A DNA stretch of 63,254 nt, filler included, from 5 parts of 5 records of this genome joined end to end with filler, not necessarily neighbours in it; one strand, 5' to 3'. Shown: positions 47,929 through 58,751, numbered from the whole stretch's first letter. Notes: generated by a model not told the origin, from the sequence alone. Numbers and translations are program-made.

Positions 47929-48019
47929 AACATATTTTTTATCAATTATACTTTTGATGTTTGCACATCAACTTCACCTGCTAAAAGCAGCATCTCAAAA
48001 AATAAAAATTGGGAAATTG

Positions 48020-48523
48020 TTATGCTGAAGGAATTTTCAGCTGATTGCTGGAAATAATAAATTGCTTACCAAAAAGAATTGGTATTGGTGGTGGATCAAT
48101 TTCATTTGAAGTATAATTCTCAAATTGATCCAAAAAGTTATCGAAAAGTAAATCTGTAGATACAGTGAATAGCTCTATAGTTTTAGGTCCATCAATTTTA
48201 CTAGTGGACTTTAATATGTATTCTACATCAAGATTAAACAACTCATTACCTGACTCACAGCAATCTTCATCAGAAGCATGGCTATGATTATCGATAGTAC
48301 AGTTTTCACAATGAGCTGTCTCATTTTCTAAAGATGCACAATGACAATGAAAATCTTCAGGTGTATGGTTATCTCCTAAGAAAGCTAATGAAAATAAATG
48401 TTCAGTATTTCCGGAAGTATCGCAATGGTGATAATGCATTTGCAAACCACTAATACTTATCAGCAAAGTCACTGATAGTAAAACAGTTGCCGCATTTTTT
48501 ATATTTACACCTAACTTCCTCAT
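48020..48523 (-). CDS. HYC_CC_PP-family His/Cys-rich protein
   Basis: Hydrophobic N-terminus, MHYHHC, HCHC, HCENC, EDCC, DPPP; start moved to 48523 because promoter TATATTTG lies in the longer ORF. Confidence 0.75.
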   Translation of the reverse strand: MRKLGVNIKNAATVLLSVTLLISISGLQMHYHHCDTSGNTEHLFSLAFLGDNHTPEDFHCHCASLENETAHCENCTIDNHSHASDEDCCESGNELFNLDVEYILKSTSKIDGPKTIELFTVSTDLLFDNFLDQFENYTSNEIDPPPIPILFGKQFIISSNQLKIPSA

Positions 48524-48566
48524 ATTTAAATATGTAACAAAAAACATTCCTTTTTTGTTCGAATGG

Positions 48567-48574
48567 CAAATATA
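48567..48574 (-). promoter_or_regulatory. Bacteroidota -7 promoter box TATATTTG
   Basis: Exact match to TAnnTTTG about 45 nt upstream of ATG 48523. Confidence 0.55.
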
Positions 48575-48584
48575 CAATAAAAAA

Positions 48585-49952
48585 CTAATTCAACTTCTGC
48601 CTATATAACTGTGTCCTGTATTTATGCACATAAGGATATTTCCTGTCTGTATGCATATAATAAACATAATTACCTCTTATTTTCACATTTTGCGGAAATG
48701 CATGTCTGGATATTTTCGAAGTTGATAGCAACTGGCCAGTTTCTAAATCAATTTTCTTCAAATACGTAATACCCGCTTTCTCAAAAACAGCATAGTAGTT
48801 TCCTTCAAAGTCACTAATTATTCTATCCTTCCACTTTCTCTCCTTATGATAGACTATAGGTAATGATTCTATTCGGTGTCCCAAAATATCATACCTGAAT
48901 AATGAATCATTCACATGATCAAAAAGCACCAACTCATTTTTACTCTCAAATATGGGTGCACTAATAGGTTTTGTGACTACTTTATCATACCATAAAATCA
49001 ATTCAAAGTTTGCTCTGGTAAACGGAATTTGAAGACTATGCACATCACCGTCCCAAGTCCCATTATAAATGACATTCATTGTCATAGGAACGTTTGAACA
49101 ATACTTGCTAACTATTTGATTAAAAAACTCTTGCGCATACCTGGCAGCTTGCTCATCAAACACATGGTGAAGTTCCTTCGATTTCTTGGAATTTCTATTT
49201 ATTGCAAAATATAGCTGTTCTTTATTGTGATTAATCAGTTGAGAAAAAATCAACAATGAATCTGTAGCAACTGCACAATTCTTTACATAATCCTTAAACT
49301 TCTTTTTCGAAGCAACATCAAGCAACTCAATATCGTTTGGTTTTAAGTATAGTTGATAAACTGTGTCCTCTGCAATTACATGAACACCACCAAAAGCATT
49401 TCGATAAAACTTATCCAACTTCCAGGGGAATTCTAATTGAGCAATTGTATTGTAATCAAAATCGAGCATACGAATCCGGTATTTTTTATCAACTTTAAGG
49501 AGTAATAAAAGACGGTTCATCCAAAACTCATAATCTAAAAGCTTAATTTCAGGTTTATAAAAAACAGATTCAATTCCAGATGCATTAATTGAAATGGCAT
49601 CTAATTGCATGATTCGTCTGGCCATTGATATCTTTACATAAATAGTATCAGATTTGCGATTACGAATATCATCCTCGTTCAATGATTGATTTGTTTCAAA
49701 AAACCCCACATGCGAACATCGAAAATCTATGGGTAATGGCTTCAGTTTGAACTCAAAATAACCATATTTATTGGTAACCTTTCCGACTCTACCTTGAATA
49801 CTGTATACATGAGCATCAGAAATAGGCCGGTGAAACTCATCTGTGACTCTTCCGATAACGGTAATAATTTCCTGTTGAGCAAAAATCGAATTCAACATGA
49901 AACTAATTACAATCAAAATAAAAAATCTAACATTTTTAAGCTGCATAGGCAT
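48585..49952 (-). CDS. Secreted protein with carboxypeptidase-like regulatory N-domain
   Basis: Signal peptide; GRVTDE..PISDAHV..TNKYGYF..SHVGF; rest unassigned. Confidence 0.7.
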   Translation of the reverse strand: MPMQLKNVRFFILIVISFMLNSIFAQQEIITVIGRVTDEFHRPISDAHVYSIQGRVGKVTNKYGYFEFKLKPLPIDFRCSHVGFFETNQSLNEDDIRNRKSDTIYVKISMARRIMQLDAISINASGIESVFYKPEIKLLDYEFWMNRLLLLLKVDKKYRIRMLDFDYNTIAQLEFPWKLDKFYRNAFGGVHVIAEDTVYQLYLKPNDIELLDVASKKKFKDYVKNCAVATDSLLIFSQLINHNKEQLYFAINRNSKKSKELHHVFDEQAARYAQEFFNQIVSKYCSNVPMTMNVIYNGTWDGDVHSLQIPFTRANFELILWYDKVVTKPISAPIFESKNELVLFDHVNDSLFRYDILGHRIESLPIVYHKERKWKDRIISDFEGNYYAVFEKAGITYLKKIDLETGQLLSTSKISRHAFPQNVKIRGNYVYYMHTDRKYPYVHKYRTQLYRQKLN

Positions 49953-50078
49953 TTGGATTTAATTCATAGCTACAAACCACTCTATGAGAAACAATAGAGT
50001 TGATATATTCAAATATCTATCAGCAATTTATGAAAATTTTATTCAAATTCCAATATGATTTTATACAAACAATAATTA

Positions 50079-51371
50079 TTAAGATTTTGGAAATTTAATC
50101 TTAAATACAGTTTCATCCTGTATTGTAGCTAGTGAAAACTTGCAATTGTGCATTTGCAGAACCTCACTTGTAAGCATCAACCCTATACCATTTCCATTGG
50201 TTTTGGTAGTGAAAAATGGGCTAAATAGATATGGCTTAACTTCCTCAGAAATTGGGTTTCCATTGTTACTTAGAGTGAGTTCCTTTTCAACAGAATTGAT
50301 TTGAATAGTTATATGTCTATCTAAGCTAACATATGAATTAAAGGAATCTATAGCATTTTGAAGTATATTATGAATAACCTGCTCCAATTGAGCTTGATCT
50401 CCTTTTATTTTAAAGTCGTCACTTCCAACCAAATGGAAATTTATTTGCTGCGCATCAAAAGAAGGTTTTAAAAGAGATGAAGCTGTATTACATAAATCCC
50501 AAATTGACAACTCATGTTTTTGTGGCTGCTCCAGTTTTACAATGGTAGCATATTGATTGATAAACTTTGTAAGGGATTCATTTCTGTTCTGAGCTACCGT
50601 TAATATCTCTTTTTCATCATCATTTTGGAATACTTCCTTTAAGCTTGCCATTATTGAATTCACTGCTCCTACTGTATTATTTACTTCATGCGCCATCACT
50701 TGTATTAACTTTTCCCAGGCATTTTTTTCTGCGCGCTGAATATCTGCGGTCAATTCCTCAATAATATAGAAAAATCGTTCATGCCCACGATCAATCATAC
50801 TTCCTTTGGTAAGCCTGTACTGTTGTTGCATTTGAAGACGAACCAACTTCATCTCATTTAATTTAAGGCTGGCCAGTTCTTTCCCAACTTCAGATTTCAA
50901 TCCATTTAACTCTTCTCCGATGACATGTTCCTTCTCCATCTGCAACATACCCAAAGCAGCTGCATTAACTGATGTAATTCGCTTATCAAAACCTAAAACA
51001 ACAACGCCTAAAGGGGATGCATCAATAAGTAAATTCATAAACTGTTCCTGCTCTGCCCTTTCAGTCTTCTCCTTCTTAAGTTGTTCCAGCATAGAATTAA
51101 ATAGCTCTATGGCCTGATCCACATGCTTATTACCCGTTTTGACCAATTTGGTTGAAAAATCATGATTACGCAATAACCCAATGCCTAACTGAAAAGGCTG
51201 CATGCGCCTAACGAATCGACTATAAGCTAACACAATCAAAAAGAAAGAAACAACAACCAAAACTTGCCCAGCATATGATATCCACTTTGATTCAAATGAG
51301 TACAAATAAAAAAACACATATGCACCGATGTGCATTAACGAAATCCATATTTGCAAAAAACGGTTACTCAT
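50079..51371 (-). CDS. PAS-containing sensor histidine kinase (NtrY-like)
   Basis: Two TMs, PAS (ASPLGVVVL..VNAAA), AHEVNN H-box, NILQNA, FSPFFTTK.NGNGIGL. Confidence 0.92.
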   Translation of the reverse strand: MSNRFLQIWISLMHIGAYVFFYLYSFESKWISYAGQVLVVVSFFLIVLAYSRFVRRMQPFQLGIGLLRNHDFSTKLVKTGNKHVDQAIELFNSMLEQLKKEKTERAEQEQFMNLLIDASPLGVVVLGFDKRITSVNAAALGMLQMEKEHVIGEELNGLKSEVGKELASLKLNEMKLVRLQMQQQYRLTKGSMIDRGHERFFYIIEELTADIQRAEKNAWEKLIQVMAHEVNNTVGAVNSIMASLKEVFQNDDEKEILTVAQNRNESLTKFINQYATIVKLEQPQKHELSIWDLCNTASSLLKPSFDAQQINFHLVGSDDFKIKGDQAQLEQVIHNILQNAIDSFNSYVSLDRHITIQINSVEKELTLSNNGNPISEEVKPYLFSPFFTTKTNGNGIGLMLTSEVLQMHNCKFSLATIQDETVFKIKFPKS

Positions 51372-52737
51372 TGTATGGAATCTTGTATTTGTCTAAACGG
51401 CGATACAATGCTCCTCTACTTATATTCAACACCTTGGCTACTCGAGAAACATTATGTTTATACTTCTCCATCGCTTTCTCTATAAGTTGTTTCTCTGCTA
51501 AATCCAAAGGAATAACTTTATTACCATCATCACGTGTATGTATCTGAGCATCTGAATTGTTTTCCTCAAAATGATTTGCTTTCAGATTGACTTCTTTTGC
51601 CATTAATGCAGTTCTTTCGACAAGGTTTTTAAGTTCTCGAATATTGCCTCTAAAGGGCTTACTTTTTAGCCATGCTAAAGCATCTGCTAAAAGGCTTTGC
51701 TGTTCAGTTTGATATTGCTGGCTTACACGCAACAAAAAAGCATTTGCTAACATAGGAATATCTGATGTACGTTCGCGCAAAGATGGTAACTCTATTGATA
51801 TCAGATTTATACGATAATACAAATCTTCCCGAAACTCTCCTTGGGCAATCATATATGGTAAATCTCGGTTAGTCGCACATATAATTCTTACATCAGTTTT
51901 TCGGGTTACACTATCACCAAGCCGTTCATAAGTTTGTTCTTGCAAAAAGCGAAGCAATTTCACCTGACTATTCAAATCAAGCTCTCCAATTTCATCTAAG
52001 AATAGTGTTCCACCATCAGCCATTTCTACACGTCCTTTGCGGTCAGAGTGAGCATCAGTAAAGGCACCTTTAGTATGCCCAAACATCTCGCTTTCAAATA
52101 GACTTTGTGATAATCCACCCAGATTTACCTTAATAAATGGTTTATCTTTTCTCCTGCTATTTTTATGAATTGCCTCAGCAAAAAGCTCTTTACCGGTTCC
52201 ACTTTCACCCGTAATCAAGACAGGTGCATTGGTATGTGCAATACGCATAGCTGCTGAGAGCTTTTCAAGAAATAAGGGATGGTCTCCAATTAAGAAATCA
52301 AGATCAAACCGATTATCAAGTTCTTTTCGATTTGCAGAAATATTTAAATTAGTTGATTCCGCTAGGGCCGATTGAATGATTTCTAACAATTGCTGATTAT
52401 CCCAAGGTTTAGATAAAAAGTCAAAGGCACCTTTTTTAATACCTTCTACTGCCAGGGGTAAAGAAGCCCATGCTGTTAAGAGAATTACATGGGTCTCTTT
52501 ATGAAGTATTTTAATCTTTTGCAATAATTCTATACCCTCTTCACCGTTTGTAGTGCGAGAATAATTCATATCTAAAATTACCAATCCGGGTACATTTGTT
52601 TTAACACTATCGATTATTTCTTTTGGTGAAGCTGCCGAATATACTTTATATCCTCTCTTTTCTAATAAAAAACGCATAGATGATCTCACTGCTGAATCAT
52701 CGTCAGCAACTAGTATTTTTATCTCTTTTTGTATCAT
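51364..52737 (-). CDS. Sigma54-dependent Fis/NtrC-family response regulator
   Basis: REC, GESGTGKE, FESEMFGH.KGAFTDA, LFLDEIG, FREDLYYR, GNIREL, C-terminal HTH. Confidence 0.95.
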   Translation of the reverse strand: MIQKEIKILVADDDSAVRSSMRFLLEKRGYKVYSAASPKEIIDSVKTNVPGLVILDMNYSRTTNGEEGIELLQKIKILHKETHVILLTAWASLPLAVEGIKKGAFDFLSKPWDNQQLLEIIQSALAESTNLNISANRKELDNRFDLDFLIGDHPLFLEKLSAAMRIAHTNAPVLITGESGTGKELFAEAIHKNSRRKDKPFIKVNLGGLSQSLFESEMFGHTKGAFTDAHSDRKGRVEMADGGTLFLDEIGELDLNSQVKLLRFLQEQTYERLGDSVTRKTDVRIICATNRDLPYMIAQGEFREDLYYRINLISIELPSLRERTSDIPMLANAFLLRVSQQYQTEQQSLLADALAWLKSKPFRGNIRELKNLVERTALMAKEVNLKANHFEENNSDAQIHTRDDGNKVIPLDLAEKQLIEKAMEKYKHNVSRVAKVLNISRGALYRRLDKYKIPYNE

Positions 52738-52803
52738 CAATTTATTATTTTTTGCAATATACAAAACATAACTCCAAGTGGTTATTTCATATCCTTTAAA
52801 CTA

Positions 52804-53988
52804 TTACTCCCCTTTTAATGCAATAGCCGGTTGCGTTCTTGAAGCTTTGTTGGCCGGCATTAATGCAAATAATATGGTTAACCCGAATAAAATAATAATT
52901 GAAATAAGTACTGAGCGCCAATCAATTAACTCACTTGTCCATTCTAAGTCCCAAACTTCCATTTGCGATAAAATTATAAAGGTTGGAACTAGTGCTAAAG
53001 TTACTAAAATCAACATTTCTGCAACTACTTGCTTTTTAATTCCTTCCCTTGTCGCACCTACGGCCATACGAAGAGCAAACTCATAATTACGCTGTTTGAT
53101 CGTTTGCCACATTAGCCCGGCCATTCCAGCCAACACATTTAATAACAAAAACATAATTACAATCACAATTCCGTAAAAAACTATTTTATATTCCAGCTCT
53201 ATTTCCGATTTTGCATTTGAAAGCGTTTTAACTTCAAACAATCTATTATGTTCGCTTACTTCACTTTGCTGAAACAAATTATAAATTTCGCCAATAGTAT
53301 TTAAATCTGGTTCATTTCGATATCTTATCATATAAGTGAAAATTATACTATTTCTATCATTTCTACCACTAATATAATCGGCTAAAAATGTTCCGGAACT
53401 CAATTCATCAAATCCATGTCTTTTAAAATTAGTAACAACACCTACAACAATACAGGTATCACTTCTATATTTGTATTTGCAATTAACTACATTTGATTTC
53501 CCAAACAACTCATTTGCAGCCCTTAAAGTAATTACTGAAGCTTTATATAAACTATTTGAATCATTTGGTTGGATCCACCTTCCATATACTATTTGCATTT
53601 TCATCAATTCTGCAAAATACTCATCTACACCATATTGATCAAAATTTGCAACCGTATCTTTTGTTCTTGCATCAGAACTACTTCTGCTTCCTGAAAATGG
53701 TTGCGATTGTCTATCTGCTCTACATACGATTTCCACCCCATCTAATTCTTTTAATTCCCGTAAAAATTTATGTTCAGCCACAGCAGATGAATCCCCATTA
53801 TTTCTAATCATTGAAACGGTTACCACATTTTTATAATCATAACCTAATGGTTGATTCAAAATCATCAACTTATTAAACAAAAAATTAAAGGCGATAATAA
53901 AAACTATACTAATTAGTAAAATTTCTAAAAAAAGGATACTATTTTTTGACCTATTAAACCATAGTGTCTTTAATATTATTCGAATCAT
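52804..53988 (-). CDS. MacB/FtsX-family ABC permease
   Basis: TM1, periplasmic domain, RNYEFALRMAVGA, PA..ASR.QPA.AL. Confidence 0.9.
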   Translation of the reverse strand: MIRIILKTLWFNRSKNSILFLEILLISIVFIIAFNFLFNKLMILNQPLGYDYKNVVTVSMIRNNGDSSAVAEHKFLRELKELDGVEIVCRADRQSQPFSGSRSSSDARTKDTVANFDQYGVDEYFAELMKMQIVYGRWIQPNDSNSLYKASVITLRAANELFGKSNVVNCKYKYRSDTCIVVGVVTNFKRHGFDELSSGTFLADYISGRNDRNSIIFTYMIRYRNEPDLNTIGEIYNLFQQSEVSEHNRLFEVKTLSNAKSEIELEYKIVFYGIVIVIMFLLLNVLAGMAGLMWQTIKQRNYEFALRMAVGATREGIKKQVVAEMLILVTLALVPTFIILSQMEVWDLEWTSELIDWRSVLISIIILFGLTILFALMPANKASRTQPAIALKGE

Positions 53989-55241
53989 CTTGAACCTCCT
54001 TTCAAATTGATAGCTGGGCTATTTCTATTTGCCATAACTGCAGGTATTAAACCAGATAATAAACCAAAAACAATAATTGTCAATAAAAAAATCCCGATTA
54101 GATTGAAAGTAAATGGAATATCAGTCAAGTCAATATTTAAATCAACAGTAAAGAAAATATCTGCAAATATTATACTTGACATTTTCAGAATTACAAATAA
54201 TGCTATTAAAATGCCTGCAAGCCCTCCAATAAAAGTAATAGATACAGTTTCCCACAAAATTTGCATAGATATATTAGTTTTCCTTGCTCCAAATGATCTT
54301 CGAATTGCCAGTTCCTCAATCCTGTTTTTATACCTGGATAGATTTAAAGCAGACAAATTGAGCGCAGGTAATAACATAAATAAGAAAAGCACAAGAATTA
54401 CCTGACCAATTTCACTTTCTACATTTATATCTATCGATGGTTGATTATAACCTTTGACAGTTCGCTCTAATTTTGTATCAGGATTGGTATATATTGTACC
54501 CTTAATTGAGTTATTTATGTTTTCTTTTAATTGAATAAATTCATCTTTCATTTCATCAATCATTGAAAGATCATTATGCATTAAATATGCATGATAACCC
54601 CCTGCGAACTCATTTCCTCCCTCCCAGCTTGCAACTGTTGTATATGGAATTAATATTGAAGCATGTGCATAGCGCATACTTTCAGGCACATCTTCAAAAA
54701 TCCCTTGAACAATATAGTTTCGTCCATTCAATTCGATAGAGTTACCAACAATATTCAATTTTTTAAACACATCCAAACTAACACTTTTACTTATTAACGC
54801 TACCATTTCACGATTTTGAATCTGATTCTCCTTTAAAGACTCACCTTGAATTAAATCATATTCAAATATTTCGAAAAAGTCTTCATTTACTCCGAAAACA
54901 ACATGCGTTTTCAGCTTACCTTGTGAAGGAAAATGCCATTGCTCATCAGCTTTTATAGCAATATGTTCGGGAGTTTTCAATTTTTTAACATAATTTTCAA
55001 TAAACCCAAGGCTTAAAGCACTGATATTTGTCATTTCACCAACTCTATGCTCCATTCTAGTCATTAAGAGGGTTCGATCCAGGTTTTTCTCCTCACCTTT
55101 ACTCGCTACTAATATTTCAAATCGCATTACAATAATCATTACACAAGCTACTGTAATAGCAATAATAAAGAGATTAAAAAGCGAGAAAAATGGATAGAGA
55201 CGTAATTGCTTTAATGCAATTTTTAGTGATGATATCCACAT
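53985..55241 (-). CDS. MacB/FtsX-family ABC permease
   Basis: LPALNL, RIEELAIRRSFGA, GLIPA..A. Confidence 0.9.
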   Translation of the reverse strand: MWISSLKIALKQLRLYPFFSLFNLFIIAITVACVMIIVMRFEILVASKGEEKNLDRTLLMTRMEHRVGEMTNISALSLGFIENYVKKLKTPEHIAIKADEQWHFPSQGKLKTHVVFGVNEDFFEIFEYDLIQGESLKENQIQNREMVALISKSVSLDVFKKLNIVGNSIELNGRNYIVQGIFEDVPESMRYAHASILIPYTTVASWEGGNEFAGGYHAYLMHNDLSMIDEMKDEFIQLKENINNSIKGTIYTNPDTKLERTVKGYNQPSIDINVESEIGQVILVLFLFMLLPALNLSALNLSRYKNRIEELAIRRSFGARKTNISMQILWETVSITFIGGLAGILIALFVILKMSSIIFADIFFTVDLNIDLTDIPFTFNLIGIFLLTIIVFGLLSGLIPAVMANRNSPAINLKGGSR

Positions 55242-55252
55242 ATTTGTAATTT

Positions 55253-55921
55253 TTAATTTGCTATTAATCTGCCATCATACAAACGGATCACTCTTTTTGT
55301 AGAATTGGCTAAAACCTCATCATGAGTGACCATTGCAATTGTTGTATGCTTATCCCGATTCAGTTCATGAAGCAGCTCCATAATATCCTTTCCGGTTTGA
55401 CTATCAAGGTTTCCGGTAGGCTCATCTGCAAGAATAATTGAAGGATCACCCGCCAGTGCGCGTGCAATAGCTACTCGCTGACACTGACCACCACTTAGCT
55501 CTGTTGGGTAATGTTTTTCACGGTGCGAAAGACCAACTCTTTCAATTAACTCAAGGGCTTTTTTTCGACGAGCTTTAAATCCAATACTTCTGTAAAATAA
55601 TGGCAATTCCACATTTTCTATCACATTCAATTCTCGAATCAAATGGAAATTTTGAAAAATGAATCCAATACTACGATTACGGATTTTAGCTGCTTTACGG
55701 TCAGATAACCTGGATGTATTAACACCATCAATAATCACCTGCCCATGAGAGGGTTTATCCAGTAACCCCATTGTATTTAAAAGGGTAGTTTTTCCACATC
55801 CCGATGGCCCCATAATGGATACAAACTCACCCTTTTCGATATCCAAAGTTATTTGCTCCAAAGCTTGAGTTTCTACTGCTGTTGTCCGGTAAACCTTACC
55901 GAGGTCTTTTAATTCTATCAT
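55253..55921 (-). CDS. LolD/MacB-type ABC ATP-binding protein
   Basis: GPSGCGKT, LSGGQCQRVAIARAL, LADEPTGNLD, VTH. Confidence 0.95.
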   Translation of the reverse strand: MIELKDLGKVYRTTAVETQALEQITLDIEKGEFVSIMGPSGCGKTTLLNTMGLLDKPSHGQVIIDGVNTSRLSDRKAAKIRNRSIGFIFQNFHLIRELNVIENVELPLFYRSIGFKARRKKALELIERVGLSHREKHYPTELSGGQCQRVAIARALAGDPSIILADEPTGNLDSQTGKDIMELLHELNRDKHTTIAMVTHDEVLANSTKRVIRLYDGRLIAN

Positions 55922-55924
55922 GGT

Positions 55925-57169
55925 TTAATATTTAAGTTTAAATGAATTACTTTTTATTTGATCAGGCACTCCTTCAATAATAATTTCTGACTTATCTAAT
56001 TTATCTGAAATCACTTCAACATATTCAAAATTGCTAAGGCCTAATTTCACATTTTGGATTTTCGCTTCACCGTTACGAACTACAAACAAATTGTAAGATC
56101 CAGGACCTGAATAGTAATTTCGCTTTGGAATACATAAAACACTATCTTTCAACTGAGTAAACAACTGAACCTGAACAGATTGATTCAGCTTCAGGCTAGA
56201 GTTTTTTTCAGGTTCCAATAGAAATCGAATATTATTATTACTCAAAGTCTGATCAATCTGTGTAACCTTTGCCCTGCAAGTGTTCTCACCAAATTTCAAT
56301 TCTGCTATTTGATTAATAAATAGCTCATCACTATACGTTGCACCAGTTTCACAAGCAACCTCAATTTGATCAGATGATACAATAGTGGCCAATGACATAC
56401 CCTGAGACACATTCTCACCTGCAGTAACATTAATCTTTTGTATAACGCCTGAGTACGGAACGGTCAACTTTGCCTGTTGAATTTGTGCTTCAACATCAGC
56501 AATTTTTTGATTATGCAAACGAATCTTCACGTCAAGTTGATTTATTTCGAATGTTTTATCCTGAAGTTGTTTTGATAGCTGAAGCCTACTCTTTTTATTC
56601 TCAATTTGAGCCATTTGCAACTTCATTTCTGCTTGTTTCACACTTTCATAAGGAGTGCCCCCAATCTTGTATAACTGATTTAGCTGTTCAAGTTCAGTTT
56701 TATAATTATGCAGCTGAATGGAATCATGTTGCTGGTTAAGGTGATTATTATTCTGATGATATTCCAAATCTTTCTGTAATTGTGCTTTCTCCTGAACCAT
56801 TAAAAGTTTTTCATCATTGAGCTGCAATAAGTTCTTTTCTAGCTCGAAAGTAGAAAGCTCCATTATTATGGTGCTGTTTTGTACACTTTCACCTCTATTA
56901 ATAAAAACTTTCTCTACAATACAATTAAAAGGAGCAACGAGTGTTTTTGTATTTGTAGAACGCACCAAACCTGTCGCACGAAACCCGGTTTGTATACTTT
57001 TAATCTCAGGCTTTACTATGATCAAACGAGATGCTTCAACCGATGATTCCGTCCAACCAACCACTAAACGCCCGAAAACAAACACAATCATAATTCCGAA
57101 GATCCAAAAGATAGTTTTCTTAAGCAACCGAAATTGTCTATATCTATTTGAAAGGGGACGATCTGCCAT
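55925..57169 (-). CDS. Efflux periplasmic adaptor (HlyD/MacA family)
   Basis: MADR start, single TM, lipoyl halves around a long coiled coil, VKLGLSNFEYVEV; start moved from 57307 to 57169. Confidence 0.88.
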   Translation of the reverse strand: MADRPLSNRYRQFRLLKKTIFWIFGIMIVFVFGRLVVGWTESSVEASRLIIVKPEIKSIQTGFRATGLVRSTNTKTLVAPFNCIVEKVFINRGESVQNSTIIMELSTFELEKNLLQLNDEKLLMVQEKAQLQKDLEYHQNNNHLNQQHDSIQLHNYKTELEQLNQLYKIGGTPYESVKQAEMKLQMAQIENKKSRLQLSKQLQDKTFEINQLDVKIRLHNQKIADVEAQIQQAKLTVPYSGVIQKINVTAGENVSQGMSLATIVSSDQIEVACETGATYSDELFINQIAELKFGENTCRAKVTQIDQTLSNNNIRFLLEPEKNSSLKLNQSVQVQLFTQLKDSVLCIPKRNYYSGPGSYNLFVVRNGEAKIQNVKLGLSNFEYVEVISDKLDKSEIIIEGVPDQIKSNSFKLKY

Positions 57170-57198
57170 TTTTATCAATTTGATACAAAAAAGACAAA

Positions 57199-57289
57199 AC
57201 CAAAGCCTTACCACGTTAGACCCTAAATAACAGAACATTAAACAAACTATCCCTTGTTCAAAATTAAACACATTGTCCATAAATGGACA
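57199..57289 (-). promoter_or_regulatory. Putative sigma54 promoter with two TGT-N10-ACA upstream activator sites
   Basis: Imperfect -24/-12 TGGTAAGGCTTTGGT (57199-57213, minus); TGTTCAAAATTAAACA (57255-57270); TGTCCATAAATGGACA (57274-57289, perfect 7-bp arms). Confidence 0.6.
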
Positions 57290-57499
57290 AAAAGAACTTG
57301 ATTGCAAATAATTAATTTCATTGATTAGAATATTTAGCTTAAAAGCATTTTTCGTTTCTATTCTTTTCGTAATTTTGGAATTACTCTATAAAACAAATAA
57401 GCAAAACAACTGTATTAATCAACAAGAAATAATAAAGTGGAATTGAATTAGGAAAAAGCAATTATGTCTTTCATTTCCAATCTTAAAAAATCAATCAAC

Positions 57500-58423
57500 A
57501 TGAAAGAATATTTTACAACTGAATACCTCGAAAAAGTTTGGGAAATAATACTCAAATGGGCAATTTATGAATTACCAGTGATTTTAGGACTTTTAGTTGG
57601 ATTAATCATTGTATTAAAAATCATAAAAGCTTCAATTAAGCGGCTAAAAAAGACGCTAATCCACCGTGCAGAAAAAAGCGAAGATACGGATGCTGCTGAA
57701 GCAGAAAAGCGCATAAATACACTTACAAGCATTTTATACGGCTTTATTAAAATTGTACTCATCGTTACTGTACTAATGATTGTGATGCAAAAATTCGGCA
57801 TCAACATTGGTCCAATATTAGCCAGTGCCGGTATTTTGGGTTTAGCAGTAGGTTTTGGAGCACAGGAACTTGTACGGGATTTTATTTCGGGTTTCTTCAT
57901 GCTATTGGAAAACCAGGTCAGAACAGGTGATGTTGCCATAATCAACGGAACGGGTGGCGTTGTTGAACATATTGCACTGAGAACAATTACATTACGAGAT
58001 TTTTCGGGTAAAGTACACATTTTTCAAAACGGAAAAATAAGCACACTTTCTAATAGTACTAAAGAATGGTCAGCAGCGGTTTTTGATATTGGCGTAGCAT
58101 ATAAAGAAAATGTTGTTCATGTAATTGATATCATAAAACAAACAGGAGAACAAATCCAGGCAGATGAGGAATTTGGTCCTAAAATTATTAATCCACTAGA
58201 GATATTTGGTTTAGATCAATTTGCAGCAAGTGCCATCGTAATAAAAGCACGTCTTAAAACTAAACCGGGAAGTCAATGGGCTGTGATGAGAGAATTCAAT
58301 AAGCGCATAAAAGAAGCCTTTGACCAAAACGGAATTGAAATTCCATTCCCACATACAAAAATTATTACAGATAGTAAGACCTTGCCCATTGAAGCCAAAT
58401 CTTCAGATGGTAAAAGTGCATAA
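57500..58423 (+). CDS. Small-conductance mechanosensitive channel (MscS family, YbiO-like)
   Basis: GLAVGFGAQELVRDFISG, GDV, G.VE.I.LR, GIEIPFP; alternative start 57464; TAATTTTG -7 box at 57370-57377. Confidence 0.93.
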   Translation: MKEYFTTEYLEKVWEIILKWAIYELPVILGLLVGLIIVLKIIKASIKRLKKTLIHRAEKSEDTDAAEAEKRINTLTSILYGFIKIVLIVTVLMIVMQKFGINIGPILASAGILGLAVGFGAQELVRDFISGFFMLLENQVRTGDVAIINGTGGVVEHIALRTITLRDFSGKVHIFQNGKISTLSNSTKEWSAAVFDIGVAYKENVVHVIDIIKQTGEQIQADEEFGPKIINPLEIFGLDQFAASAIVIKARLKTKPGSQWAVMREFNKRIKEAFDQNGIEIPFPHTKIITDSKTLPIEAKSSDGKSA

Positions 58424-58447
58424 GACAGTTTATCCGCATTGAAAATT

Positions 58448-58751
58448 GTCGCGGTGTGAGTTCGTTAAAAATCGTGTAACATTCATATCTACATATCAAT
58501 TTATAGGAATCCTCACGCTGCGACTTGAGGAAATTTCGAACGAGGCGATGATATTGGGATTTGTTTTATTAAGGGCTTCGAATTGAACAATTTAGGATTC
58601 TTAATCATTCATCAATTCCGCCGATGATTAATGTTTGTCTCCGATTCCTGTTTACATCACGGCGGATTTTACGCTACGCTTTATACCACAGGCGGAGCCT
58701 GTGGCTAATGATATTCAATCCCTCCGGGATTGTGATCCGATAACTATCGGG
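58448..58751. repeat. Cluster of five palindromes (REP-like or structured RNA) between convergent mscS genes
   Basis: Stems 58448-58460/58512-58524, 58617-58628/58656-58666, 58686-58704, 58716-58732 and 58737-58750. Confidence 0.65.

Noticed and set aside
57170-57307. ORF-track N-terminal extensions of the efflux adaptor (also 48524-48577, 52738-52764 and 18454-18480)
   Set aside because: They overlap or abut promoter-like or operator-like sequence, and downstream ATGs give family-typical N-termini.
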